Shown here: positions 1 through 12,097 of the stretch, in pieces
How positions within the stretch are numbered: position 1 is the stretch's first letter
Layout of the letters: each line of letters starts with the position of its first letter
Assembly: GCF_963921235.1 (NCBI RefSeq)
Contig: NC_086108.1
Location: forward strand, 19,530,001 to 19,594,000
Direction of reading: 5' to 3'
Origin: Mobula hypostoma
Taxonomy: Eukaryota
Length of the DNA stretch: 64,000 nucleotides
Notes under the pieces: model-generated
Seen by the model: the letters and a program-made list of their open reading frames with translations, nothing else
The model's database searches: none
What the model was told of the DNA's origin: nothing
Made by a program: the position numbers and the translations under genes

Positions 1-450
1 GGGCAAGAATAGGATGATTTGGCAGATGTATGCCAATCGGTGTTGGAGGCAGGTTTTCCGATTAATGGATCATTGGGATCTCCTCTGGGAAAGGTATGAC
101 CTGTACAAAAAGGATGCGTTACACCTGAACCTGAGAGGACCAATATGCTTGCAACCTATCAGTGGACGTGGAGAGGATGTCTGCTATAACACGGGAGTCT
201 AGGACCAGACAGCACAGCCTCAGAATGGAGGGTCATCTACTTAGAATGAAAATTAGGAAAAATTTGTTCAGCCAGAAGGTGGCAAGTCTGTTGAATTCAT
301 TGCCAGACAGCCGTGCATGCCAAGTCATTGGGTACATTTAAGGCAGAAGCTGACAGGCTCTTGACTTATCAGGGAGGAGCCAGGAGAATTGGGTTGAGGG
401 GGATAACAAATCAACCATGATGGAATGGCCTAATTTGCTTCCATGTCTTA
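1..450 (+). mobile_element. CR1 LINE fragments (ORF1 esterase end joined to ORF2 3' end)
   Basis: FRLMDHWDLLWERYDLYKKDALHLN matches the CR1 ORF1 end also seen at 5760-5870 and 17540-17743; followed by a decayed CR1 3' terminal region. Confidence 0.75.
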
Positions 451-453
451 TGG

Positions 454-633
454 CAGGAGTCCCCAACCTTTTGCGCACCGAGGACCGGTTTAATATTGAC
501 AATATTCTCGCGGGCCTCGCGTGCATTCAAGTTGAACAGTGGGTGTGACAGGGAATGAGGAAAGGTGCAGCTGACTCATATCGTTTCATATCGCCAAATC
601 ATATCGTTTCCTCGCGGCCCAGTAGCACATGCT
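454..633 (-). mobile_element. One-ended hAT (Charlie-like) MITE fragment
   Basis: Begins CAGGAGTCCCCAACC; body is the reverse complement of part of the MITE at 16116-16793; second TIR absent. Confidence 0.75.
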
Positions 634-2589
634 CAAGGGAGAAGCCAGGAGAATTGGGTTGAGGGGGATAACAAATCAACCATGATGGAATGGCCTAATT
701 TGCTCCCATGTCTTACAGTGCAAATTAAAACTGCCTTTGAATGGCTCATTGAAAACAGTCACCAGTCCTGCTGCCTCGATATTCAGTGAAACTCAGCACT
801 GGACCAAACACTAACTAATCTTACCTGCCAACATGATGGCACTGCAAGCACGATCCCTCAAAAACACTGGGCAATAAAAGCCCAGGACATAGGAGGGAGA
901 GGGGAAAACACCTGCAGAATCACAATCAGGTTTAATAATACTGGCACACGTTGTGAAATGGGTTGCACCGCAACAGCAGTACAATGCAATACATAACACA
1001 TTTTGCAGAACTTAAAACAAATTTACTTCGTCTTCTATGTGATATTCTGCAACACTTCATACTTAAATAACTAATTGTCAATTGTGGTGTTGGATTTCTA
1101 TTTTGATTAGGGTTGGTATCTAGGTTCATGAGTCAGGAAAAGTATCATCTGGAAACCTACCCTTTCACCACCAACTCCATCTTCTCAACAACTCCTCCCA
1201 TAATCTGACACCCACTTACACATTAGAAACAATTTACAATAACTAATTAACCGACCAACCCACACATCAAGACACTGATGGAACCTCTTGCAGAAACAGG
1301 GTGAATATGTAAACTTCAGGTGGTCAGGATTGAACCTGGATATCCAATGCTGAAAGGCAGTAGGTCTATCTGATGTGCCACTGTACCACGTCCTCATAAG
1401 GCTCAAGATGGTGGGACTAAAATAGTTAAGTGGAACTCTTGGTTTCTGCTGAAAAGCTGAAGGACTTGCTAAGCGTTTGCCTTTCTGTCCTCCCTCCTGC
1501 TATACATAACAGTCCCATTGTCCTGATTCATAAGGACTGAAATAGAGGGGTCTCGGCCCGAAACATTTACTGTTTACTCATTTCGTAGATGCTGCCTGGC
1601 CAGAGCTCTTCCAGCGGGGTGGGGGGACGGGGGGGAGGGTGTTGCGTGTTGCTCTGGATTTCCAGCACCTGCAGACTTTGTGTTCATGATTCAAGCATTT
1701 TAATTAAAGTTAAATTCTGTGCCCAAGATAGAAATATTCAGAGCCAGCCTCAAATTTCTCACACTTCAATCTAATGTGTCAAGAAATATTCAAGGCATTC
1801 ACAAACTAGTTATATTGGACCAGGCTACTTTAAAAACTTAATATACAACAACCAGACCCGCACCCCTTTAAATACTGGCATTTGATTGCTCAGATTACCC
1901 ATTCCCAGCAGCACTGGAAAGGAATTGAAACACTCAAAGCAAACACACAAACTTTTATGAAAAGAAATGTCAAATCAAATTCCAGTCAGCAGAAATCTCA
2001 AACCTTGAACTCTTCTTGTAGTAAATGAAAGGTTTAAAGCCCAACTAAAACAACCTAAGAATCTCACAAGTCAAACACCCTTTTTCCAAAGCTCTACAAA
2101 CATGTCAAAACAATGTTTTAAAGCTTCAACGGCAGCAGCAGAAGAGAAAATAACTATTTTAACAGCAGACAATGAAGCAAAACAAAGGCAAGTCTGCTAA
2201 TGCATGCCTAAAACATCACTACCATTTTTAAATGCATACTGATTGCAACTCTCCCTGGGGCAAGGCAGGCAGTGAAAGATGCTTTCTACTGTCATGAATG
2301 CTATAAACCCCCAGCAAATGACAGACAGAATGTTTTGAAAGCTTGGTCAATGGTTGCAATAAATTTGGTTCAGCTTGGACTGACAAGCATTGAATTACAA
2401 GGACAATTACATTTTATTAATGTGCTGGAATTGTGCCACATTTTCCGCAGTTAATATTGATCTTGATGATTAGCTCCATTTGATAGGAAGCTCGTTAAAA
2501 GCACAGTTCTCAATGAGAAAGATGAGGAGGAATAAAAGAGGGGTTGATGATAGGCACCATGTACTCAATAAGCATCACGCAGAAAATAT

Positions 2590-3180
2590 TGCAATGGCAT
2601 GTTATGGAATGTTGTGATGAGGTTGTATAAGGCATTGGTGAGGCCGAATCTGGAGTACTGTGTTCAGTTTTGGTCACCAAATTACAGGAAGGATATAAAT
2701 AAGGTTGAAAGACTGCAGAGAAGGTTTACAAGGATGTTGCCGGGACTTGAGAAAGGTTGAATAGGTTAGGACTTTATTCCTGGAGCGTAGAAGAATGAGG
2801 GGAGATTTGATAGAGGTATATAAAATTATGATGGGTATAGATAGAGTGAATGCAAGCAGGCTTTTTCCACTGAGGCAAGGGGAGAAAAAAACCAGAGGAC
2901 ATGGGTTAAGGGTGAGGGGGGGAAAGTTTAAAGGGAACATTAGGGGGGGGCTTCTTCACACAGAGAGTGGTGGGAGTATGGAATGAGCTGCCAGATGAGG
3001 TGGTAAATGTGGGTTCTTTTTTAACATTTAAGAATAAATTGGACAGATACATGGATGGGAGGTGTATGGAGGGATATGGTCCGTGTGCAGGTCAGTGGGA
3101 CTAGGCAGAAAATGGTTCGGCACAGCCAAGAAGGGCCAAAAGGCCTATTTCTGTGCTGTAGTTTCTATGGTTTCTATGGC
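2590..3180 (+). mobile_element. 5'-truncated CR1 LINE 3' end
   Basis: LYKALVRPNLEYCVQFWSP and MRGDLIEVYKIM motifs; (GTTTCTATG)n-type tail. Confidence 0.9.
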
Positions 3181-3435
3181 TGTAGACAATTTACTTTCCC
3201 AGCCCCAGACCAGACCACCTTTGGCAATCATCCTCTTTCCATGACTACAGACATCGACCAACAATTGCAGTATACCAATGGCACAATACTGAATTTCATT
3301 TACAACTCTTGAATAAAACAGTTCACAACTGCACACAGCAAGACCAAGAACGAAGCATAATCTGGTAAATGGCAATGAACTCCAGATCATTCTGCAGGCT
3401 GAGGGGGTGATAGATAGGACATAGAGAGGTAGTTA

Positions 3436-5165
3436 GACCATAAGACATAGGAACTGGCTCATCGAGTCTGCTCCACGATTCAATCATGGCTGATCCTTTT
3501 ATATCTCCTCCTCAACCTCATTTCCCAGCCGTCTCCCCGTAACCTTTGATGCCATGTCCAATCATGAACCCATCAATCTCTGTCTTAAGTACACTCAGCA
3601 ACCTGGTCTCCACAGCTGCATGTGGCAACAAATTCCACAAATTCAACAAGAAGAGATAGTAAGAGATTTGAAAGTGGGAGGGGGAGGGGGAGATCCGAAA
3701 TGATAGGAGAAGACAGGAGAGGGAGAGATGGAGCTAAGAGCTGGACAGTTGATTGGCAAAAGGAATATGAGAGGATCATGGGACGGGAGGCCTAGGGAGA
3801 AAGAAAGGGGGAGGGGGGGGGAAAACCCAGAGGATGGGCAAGGAGTATAGTGAGAGGGACAGAGGGAGAAAAAGGAGAGAGAGGAAAAAAATTTATAACA
3901 ATAATAAGTAAATAAATAACAGATGGGGTACGATGGGGAGGTAGAGCATTAACAGAAGTTAGAGAAATCAATGTTCATGCCATCAGGTTGGAGGCCACCC
4001 AGACGGAATATTGTTGTTCCTCCAACCTGAGTGTGGCCACACATTTTAATTCCACGTCCCATTCTGATATGTCTATCCACGGCCTCCTCTACTATCAAGA
4101 TGAAGCCACACTCAGGTTGCAGAAACAACACCTTATATTCCGTCTGGGTAGCCTCCAACCTGATGGCATGAACTTCCGTTAATGCCCCACCTCCCCCTCT
4201 TACCCCATCCATTATTTACTTATTATAAATTATTTTTCCCCTCGCGCTCTCCTTTTTTGCCCTCTGTCCCTCTCACTATACTCCTTGCCCATCCTCTGGG
4301 CTTCCCCTCTCCCCCTTTCTTTCTCCCTAGGCCTCCCGTCCCATGATCTTCTCATATCCCTTTTGCCAATCAACTTTGCAGCTCTTGGCTCCATCCCTCC
4401 CCCTCCTGTCCTCTCCTACCACTTCTGATCTCCCCCTCCGACTTTCAAATCTCTTACTATCTCTTCTTTCAGTTAGTCCTGACGAAGGGTCTCGGCCCAA
4501 AACGTCGACTGTACCTCTTCCTATAGATGCTGCCTGGCCTGCTGCGCTCACCAGCATTTTTTATGTGTGTTGCTTGAAACCAGCATCTGCAGATTTCCTT
4601 GTGGTTGCGTCCACAAATTCACCACTCTTTGGCTGAAGAAGTTTCTCCATATCTCTGTTTTGAAAGGGCATCCCTCTATCCTGAGGCTGTGACCATGGGG
4701 ACATCCTTTCCACATCTCCTCTGTCTGGACCTTTCAACATTTGAAAGGATTCAGTGAGATCCCACCGCCCCCCCCCCCCACCATCCTTCTGAACTCCAGC
4801 AAGTACAGAGCCAGAGCCATCAAAACATTCCTCGTATGATAACAATTTCATTCCTGGAATCATCCTTGTGAACTTGCTTTGGACCATCTCCAATGCTAGC
4901 ACATCCTTTCTAAGATGAGGGGCCCAAAACTGTTCACAATACTCAAGGTGAGGCTTCACCAGTACCTTATAAAGCCTCAGCATCATATCCTTGCTCTTGT
5001 ATTTTAGACCTCTTGAAATGAATGCCAACATGGCATTTGCCTTCCTCACCTCCGACTTGACCTGCAAGTTAACCTTTCAGGGGCTCTGCACAAGGACTCC
5101 CAAGTCCCTTTGCATCGCAGATGTTTGTATTTTCTCCCCATTGAGAAAATAGTCCATACATTTAT
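3436..5165 (-). mobile_element. 5'-truncated CR1 LINE, interrupted by a PLE insertion
   Basis: ORF 4561..5067 (KANAMLAFISRG...LVKPHLEYCEQFWAP); tail near 3436; split at a TCCACAAATTCA duplication. Confidence 0.85.
3646..4609. mobile_element. Fold-back Penelope-like element fragment with 12-bp TSD
   Basis: Minus arm ~3650-4010 and plus arm ~4030-4600 both encode the GIY-YIG C-terminus (IFRLGSLQPDGMN); TSD TCCACAAATTCA at 3634-3645 and 4610-4621. Confidence 0.85.
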
Positions 5166-6724
5166 TTCTACTACCAAAATGTACACCCAACCAGGAAATT
5201 GGGTGGCAGTCAGAAAGGGGAAAGGGGTTCATCAGCCAGTGCAGAGTACCCCTGTGGCACCCCCCACCTCAAACAACAGGTATATCACTTTGGATACTGG
5301 GGGCGGGGGGGGAAATGACCGAACAGAGGGAAGTCACAGTGGTCCTGTCTCTGGCACGGAGTCTGCCTCTGCAGCTCAGAAGGGAAGTAGGGAGAAGAGA
5401 TACGCTGTGAGGACAGGGGATTTGTGAGGGAAACGAACAGGAGGTTCCATGGTGAGAATGAGATTTCTGGGTGGTATGTTGCCTCCCAAGTGCGAGGGTC
5501 CAAAATATCTCAGATGAAATCCTCAGCATTCTTACGTGGGAGGATGAACAGCCAGAGGTCGTGATCCATGTAGGTACCAATGACATAGGTAGGATGAGTG
5601 ACAAGGTTCTGCAGAGGGAGTTCATGGAGTTAGGTGGCAACTTAAAGGGCAGGACCTCAAAGGTTGTGTTCTCAGGATTGCTACACTCTGTGCTGGTGAG
5701 GCCAGAACTAGGAAGATTATACAGTTTAATACGTGGCTAATGAGTTGGTGGAGGAGGGAGGACAGGCATAAGATTTTTGGATCATTGCACTCTCTTCCAG
5801 GGAAGGCAGGACCTGTACAGAATGGACAGTTTGCACCTGAACTTTGAGGGGGACTAATACCCTAGCTGCACATAGGGGGATGGGAACTAGATTGCCAGCA
5901 CAGTTAGTGGAGAGGATGTGGAGGTAAGATCTCAGACAAAGTTAGGAACCAAAAGGTTGAGCATGGTGTGAATAGAGTCCTGAGCTGCACATATTTCAAT
6001 GCAAGAAGTATTGTCGGAAAGGTAGGTAATAGTGCTAAAGATGAGATAGCTGGTAAAACCGGTTTACAGAGGCAACATGCAGTGAGGAGAGACTGTTGAC
6101 AGGGCAAAATTACAGTCAACAGGATGAGTTGCAACACAAAAGGCAGACAAAATCTAAAAAGGTGAATACAAGACTGAAGATGTTACATTTGAATTGCAGA
6201 GTATAAGTAATACGGAAGATGAACTTATAGCACAGTTACAGATTGCCATGAATGATGTTACAAACATCACTGAATCATGGCTGAAAGAAGATTATTGTTG
6301 AGAGCTTCATGTCCAAGGATACACATTGTATCAAAAGAACAGGCAGAAAAGCAGAGGGGGCAGCATTACTCTGTTGGTAAAAAATGAAATCACATCATTA
6401 GGAAGAGCTGACACAAGGTCGGAAGGTGCTGAATCATTGGGAATCGAGCTAAGGAACTGCAAGGATAAAAAGACCCTGATGGGAATTGTATACAGACCCC
6501 TAACAGTGCTAAGGACGTGGTCTACAAATTACAACAGGATATAGAAACTGTATCCCAAAAGGGCAATATTCCAATAATCACGAGGGATTTCAATATGCAG
6601 GTTGATTAAGAAAATCAGGCGGGTGCTGGATTCCAGGAAGGGGGTTTTCTAGAGTGCCGACTAAATGGCTTTTTAGAGCAGCTCATGGCTGAGCACACCA
6701 GGGGATCAGTTATTCTGAATTGGG

Positions 6725-7154
6725 AACAAGAGGAAATCTTCAGATGCTGGAAATCCAAGCCACACACACAAAATGCTGGAGGAACTCAGCAGGCCAGGCA
6801 GCATCTATGGAAAAAAAATTTACGTTGATGTTTTGGACTGAAACCCTTCCGCAGGACTGGAAAGGAAAAGCTGAGGAGTAGATTTGAAAGGCAGGTGGGC
6901 GGGGGGGGGGAGGAGAGAGAGAAGTGCCAGGTGATAAATGATACTTGGAGGGGGAGAGATGAAGCAAAGAACTAGGAAGTTGATTGGTGAAAGAGATAAA
7001 AAGCCATGGAAGAAAGTTCCAGAGGGAGGCAATGGGTGGGCAAGAAGAGAGTAACAAAGGGATGGGAAATGGTGAAGGGAGGGGTGGAGGCATAACTGGA
7101 AGTTTGAGAAATCAAGGTTCAGGCCACGAGGTTGGAGGCTACTCAAACGGAATA
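6725..7154 (-). mobile_element. Penelope-like element 3' fragment
   Basis: SSLQPRGLNLDFSNF terminus, degenerate hammerhead motif; TSD TATTC(T/C)GAATTGGG at 6711-6724 and 7155-7168. Confidence 0.8.
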
Positions 7155-7391
7155 TATTCCGAATTGGGTGTTGTGCAATGAATCCGAATTGATTAGAGAC
7201 CTTAAGGTAAAGGAATCTTTGGGCAAGTGATCATAATATGATTCAATTCATCTTGAAATTTGACACTGGAATAAAGGGAATTACAGAGGCATGTGAGGAG
7301 TTGTCCATAATTGATTGGAAAAGAACACAGGCAGGGATGACAGCAGAGCAGCAATGGCTGGAATTTCTCAAAGCAATTCGGAAGGCGCAGA

Positions 7392-7392
<1 letters not shown>

Positions 7393-7450
<58 letters not shown>

Positions 7451-7464
7451 TCTCTCTCTCTCTC
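7393..7464. repeat. (TG)n(TC)n microsatellite
   Basis: Direct reading. Confidence 0.97.
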
Positions 7465-7851
7465 AAAGAGGAGGAAGTATTCTAAAGGAAAGATGACACA
7501 ACAGTGGCTAGCAAGAGAAGTCCAAGCCAACATAAAAGCCAAAGAGAGAACATATAATAGAGCAAAAATTAGTGGGAAGTCAGAGGATAGGGAAGCTTTT
7601 AAAAAAACCAGACAGGAACTAAAAAGTCATTAAGGTAAAGATGGAATACGAAAGTAATATTAAAGAGGATACCAAAAGTTTCTTCAGATACATAAAGTGT
7701 AAAAGAGAGGTGAGAGTGGATATCAGACCACTGAAAAACAATATTGGAGAGGTGGTAATGGGGGCAAAGAAATGATGGATGAACTGAAAAAGTATTTTCA
7801 CTATGGAAGATACTAGCAATGTGGTGGAAATTCAGAGGGTTGAGGTTCGGG

Positions 7852-8850
7852 TGCGAGTATGCGGGCAGTGGGCAAAATATCCCTCTATTGTTTGGGGATC
7901 TCATACTGGAGATGCAGTATCACTTTATCCTGCCACTTTGTTTTTGCCCCACTTTGTCATCATCTCAGTCCCCAACTTTCCTTTTCTCGGATCTTCCTCC
8001 TCTTTAACCTCCATTCTGGAGTTTCAGTTACAATGGTGGAGTTATTGCCTATGGATAGTGTTTTGGATCTGGTGTCTTTTTTATGCGGACTGTGTGCTGT
8101 GATCTGGGGGTTGTGCGATAGCTAATTGAGGGGTGTCGTTGGGAGGGACATGCCCAGGGGTAGAGTTAGGTAATGGGGGTTGAGGATTCACGGCGAAGGG
8201 AGCTGGGGTGGCAAATGGCATTGCGGGGGGGGGGGGTCCCCTGCAGTAGGGGGGGGAGGGCTGAAATATGAGCCTAACTGCTGGTGCTATTGGGTGAATT
8301 TGGCCCCTTGACGGGGTAAGGCTTGGGTTTATGGGGGTGGTTAGGGTTAGGGTTAGGGTTAGGATGCGAGTATGCGGGCAGTGGGCAAAATATCCCTCTC
8401 GTGTTTGTGGATCTCGTACTGGAGATGCAGTATCACTTTACCCTGCCACTTTGTTTTTGGCCCACGTCATCATCATCTCGGTCCCCAACTTTCCTTTACA
8501 GGGATCTTCCTCCTCTTCAACCTCCATTCTGGAGTTTAAGTTACAATAGTGGAATTATTGCCTATGGATAGTGTTTTGGATTTGGGGTCTTTTTTATAGG
8601 GACTGTGTGCTGTGATCTGGGGGTTGTGCAGTAGCTAATTGAGGGGTGTTGTGGGGAGGGATATGCCCAGGGGTAGAGTTAGGTAATGGGGGTTGAGGAT
8701 TCACGGCGAAGGGAGGTGGGGTGGCAATTGGCATTGCGGGGGTGGGGGTGTCCCCTGCAGTAGGGGGGAGGGCTGAAATAGGAGCCTAGCTGCTGGTGAT
8801 ATTGGGCGAATTTGGCCCCTTGATGGGGTAAGGGCTTGGGTTTATGGAGG
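7852..8850. repeat. Tandem duplication, ~513-bp period
   Basis: TGCGAGTATGCGGGCAGTGGGCAAAATATCCC starts at 7852 and 8365 (third partial start at 9006); units are highly similar. Confidence 0.9.
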
Positions 8851-9758
8851 TGTGTAGCAGGGTTGGAGATGTTAGGTTTAGGGGCTGTTATATAAGCCCT
8901 TTAGTGTGGTGTAGTTTGGGTTATTTGGGGTGCTGTCCCGTTTAGTTAGGGTGCACGGTCCATTGGAAATTAGGGTTAGGGTTAGGGTCAGGGCTGGGGT
9001 TAGGATGCGAGTATGCGGGCAGTGGGAATTTGGCCCCTTGCTGGGGTGAGGGTTTGGGTTTATGGGGGTGTGTAGCAGGGTTGGAGGTATTAGGTTTAGT
9101 GGTAGGGCAAAGGACTATTATATAAGCCCTTTAGTGCGGTGTGGTTTGGGTTATTTGGGGTGCTGTCCGGTTTAGTTGGGGTGCCCGGTCCATTGGAAAT
9201 TAGGGTTAGGGTTTAGTTGGGGTGTGTGGTCCTCCGGATGTTAGGATTAGGTTGGGGGGGGTTAGGATTGAGGGGGGCCCGCTGGGCGGCAGGAGGTATA
9301 ACTGGTGATGTGGGGTGAGTTTGCCCCTCCGGCGAGAAGAGGATCTGTGTTTATGGGGTGTGAAGATGTTAGGTTTCAGGGCAGGGTCATGTGCTGGGGA
9401 TGTATTCTTCCCCATCGGGGAAGCTGGGAAGTTGGGGCAAGTGCTGTGTCTGGATTAAACCGGTCGTTACGCGTCTGTTCTTCCTTGTGGTTATCTCCTG
9501 TAGCGTCATAATTTCTAATTTTACTCCTCTCTACTTGGGGAATTAGGTTCTGTTCTGGGGCCTAGTTGTTAGGCTCTATTTCCAAAGTAAGACAAACCTT
9601 TCCTATTTAGTGGTCCCCTGTCTTAATTTGTTTCAGGGTGAGTGACTGAAGGGGATCTTCCCCTTCTTCCCTACTCTAATTTTCTCAATTTTTAAAAAAA
9701 TTACGGGGTGCAGTGTTGGCCCTTCGGTGATTACATTTTATGTTGTTGGCCTGGTTTT

Positions 9759-9906
9759 TTAGGCCTCGTTTAGGCCGTTTGGGGAATGCATCTGTAGTCT
9801 TTCAATCCATCTCCTCTGCTCTTTTTCTTTGGAGGTTTGACCAGTTTATGCTGGTTTCCAGGCCCAGGATTGCTAAGGAGTACATTCCATGCTCCAGGAA
9901 GTGTCC
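9759..9906 (-). pseudogene. GIY-YIG endonuclease C-terminal remnant of the same PLE
   Basis: Manual translation GHFLEHGMYSLAILGLETSINWSNLQRKRAE/WIERLQMHSPNGLNEA* with one frameshift; HF..HG, R..E..WI..L...P.GLN pattern typical of PLE endonuclease ends. Confidence 0.75.
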
Positions 9907-10538
9907 CGAAGGATATCCCTTACTGCCTCTATACCCCTATCCGTTTCTATATTGGTGTACAGGCTTTCAATGTCCATGGTGAAGAGTATGGCCTCAGGGG
10001 GCACTGACATGGAATTGACTATCCGGACAAAGTGGTACGCGTCTTTGATGTAGCTGGAGTGTTTCTGCGATAGTGGGTTAAGGAAGGAATCAATGTATTC
10101 TGCTATCCTGTATAACTCACTGCTGCAGTCCGACACGATAGGCCTGCCGGGTGGTATTTCTCCCGGAACAGTCCACGAGTCTGGGTTCTTGTCTATTTTG
10201 GGGAGGACATAGAACTTTCTTGCTCGTGGCTGTATCCCTATCAGGTACTCCACCTGCTTCTTCCCGAGGTATCTAGTCCTTTCTAGTTCTCGTAAAATGT
10301 TCCTAATTTCTGTGTGTGTTTCCCAGTATATGGGTTCCTTTAGTTTAGTGTAGTGTTCCGTGTTGTTTAATTGTCTGTCTGCCTCAAATAGATACTGCTG
10401 TTTGTCCATGATAACTATGCTGCTCCCTTTATCTGCTGGTTTGATAACAATATCCATATTTTCCTTCAGCTCTTTCAGGGCTGTTCTCTCCTTCCTAGTT
10501 AAATTGGGCTTATCCTGTACTTCTCTCTCCCTCTCCAT
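9873..10538 (-). pseudogene. Penelope-like reverse transcriptase, N-terminal half
   Basis: 221-aa ORF with PLE motifs NLT..ER.AL..L, IKPADKG, YVLPKI.K, PGRPIVS, SYIKD..HF and motif A (FTMDIESLYTNI); ends before the YxDD motif. Confidence 0.92.
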
Positions 10539-11844
10539 TATCTCATCCAGTGTGCTCTCAAATTGTGGGGGTTGGGGTTGGGGTCAGGGTTTAGGGTTCA
10601 TGAAATGTGTGAAGTTACCATAACTAGAGAGGTGGTTCTTAGGAAACTGAAAGGTCTGAAGGTAGATAGGTGTCTGGACCAGATGGTGTACACCCCAAAG
10701 ACGTGGCTGAAGAGATTGTGGAGGCATTAGTAATGATCTTTCAAGAATCACTAGATTTTAGAATGGTTCCAGAAGACTAGTATTTGCAAATGTCACTCCA
10801 CTCTTTAAGAGGGGAGAGAGGCAGAAGAAAGGAAATTACAGGCCAGTTAGACCGAACTCAGTATTGGGAAAACGTTGGAGTCAATTATTAAGTACGAGGT
10901 ACTGGAGGGCAAATGTTTATAAATAGGCTGTAGTCAGCAAGGTTTTCTCAAGGGAAAATCTTGCCTGATAAATCTGTTGAAGAAATGACAAGCAGGATAG
11001 ACAAAGGAGAACCAACTGATGTCCTGTACTTGGATTTTTAAGAAGGCTTTTGACATGGTGCCACATATGAGGCTGTTTAACAAACTATGAGCCCATGGTA
11101 TTACAGGACAGATTCCAGCATGGACAGAGAAATGGCTGATTGGCAGGAGGCAGAGTGGGAATAAAGGAAGCTCTTTCTGGTAGGCTGCCGGTGCATGGGG
11201 GTCTGTGTTAGGGCCAATTCTTTTTACATTATATATCAATGATTTGGATAATTGATGGCTTTGTTGCAAAGTTTGCAGACAACATGAACATAGGTGGAGG
11301 GACAGGTAATTTTAAGTAGAGAGTCTACAAAAGGACTTAGATTAGAAGAATGGGCAAAGAAATGGCAGAAGAAATGAAAGGGTTGACTATTTTCAAAATG
11401 GAGACAAAATACAAAAAACAGAGGCATAAAGGAACTTGGGAGTCCTTGTGCAGGATTTCCGAAAGGTTAATTTACAGGTTGAGTTTGTGGTGAGGAAGAC
11501 ATATGCAATGTTAGCATTCATTCCAAGAGGACAAGACTATAAAAGCAAGGATGTAATGTTGAGACTTCATAAAGCACTGGTGAGGCCTCACTTAAGAGAA
11601 TTGTGAGCAGTTTTGGGCCCCTTATCTTAAAAATGATGTGTTGAAACTAGAAAGGGTTCAAAGGAGACTCGCAAAAATGATTCCAGAATTGAATGGCTTG
11701 TCACATGAAGAGTGTTTAATGGCTCTGGGACTGCATTCACAAGAATTCAGAAGAAACCTCTCAAGGCCTTTCGCCATTCGATAGAGTGGATGTGGAATTC
11801 TTTGCCACAGGCAGCTGTGGAGGCCACGTTTTTATGTATATTTA

Positions 11845-12097
11845 CATTATTATTTTATTTATTTGAGATTCAGCACAGAGTAGGAATCCCCCAGTGTAAT
11901 CTGAGCCTCATCACAGGACAATTTACAATGACCAATCAGCCTACCACCCAGCAAGTCTTTGGACTGTGGGAGGAAACCAGAATACCCAGAGGAAACCCGT
12001 GTGGTTAGGGGAGAACATACAAACTCCTTACAGGCTACAGCGGGAATTGAACCCAGGTTACCTGAACTGCAAAGCATTGTCCTAACTGGGCCGCCTC
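11845..12097 (-). mobile_element. tRNA-derived V-SINE
   Basis: On minus: B box GGTTCAATTCC, then V-domain-like GTTTGTATGTTCTCCCC...GGTTTCCTCCCACAGTCCAAAGAC, A-rich tail. Confidence 0.85.

Larger units (their letters stand above)
7836..10598 (-). mobile_element. Penelope-like retroelement deletion derivative with telomeric repeats, inserted in CR1
   Basis: CR1 ORF2 stops at ~7835 and resumes at ~10599; insert carries a PLE RT, a GIY-YIG C-terminal remnant and TTAGGG-type blocks at 7836-7851, 8341-8363, 8970-9004, ~9200 and 10566-10598. Confidence 0.85.

Noticed and set aside
820..917. Splice-like signals on minus as possible imp3 exon 2
   Set aside because: The translation does not resemble IMP3
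8341..8363. Chromosome-fusion interstitial telomere
   Set aside because: Blocks are short, all in one orientation, and confined to one insertion inside a contiguous CR1
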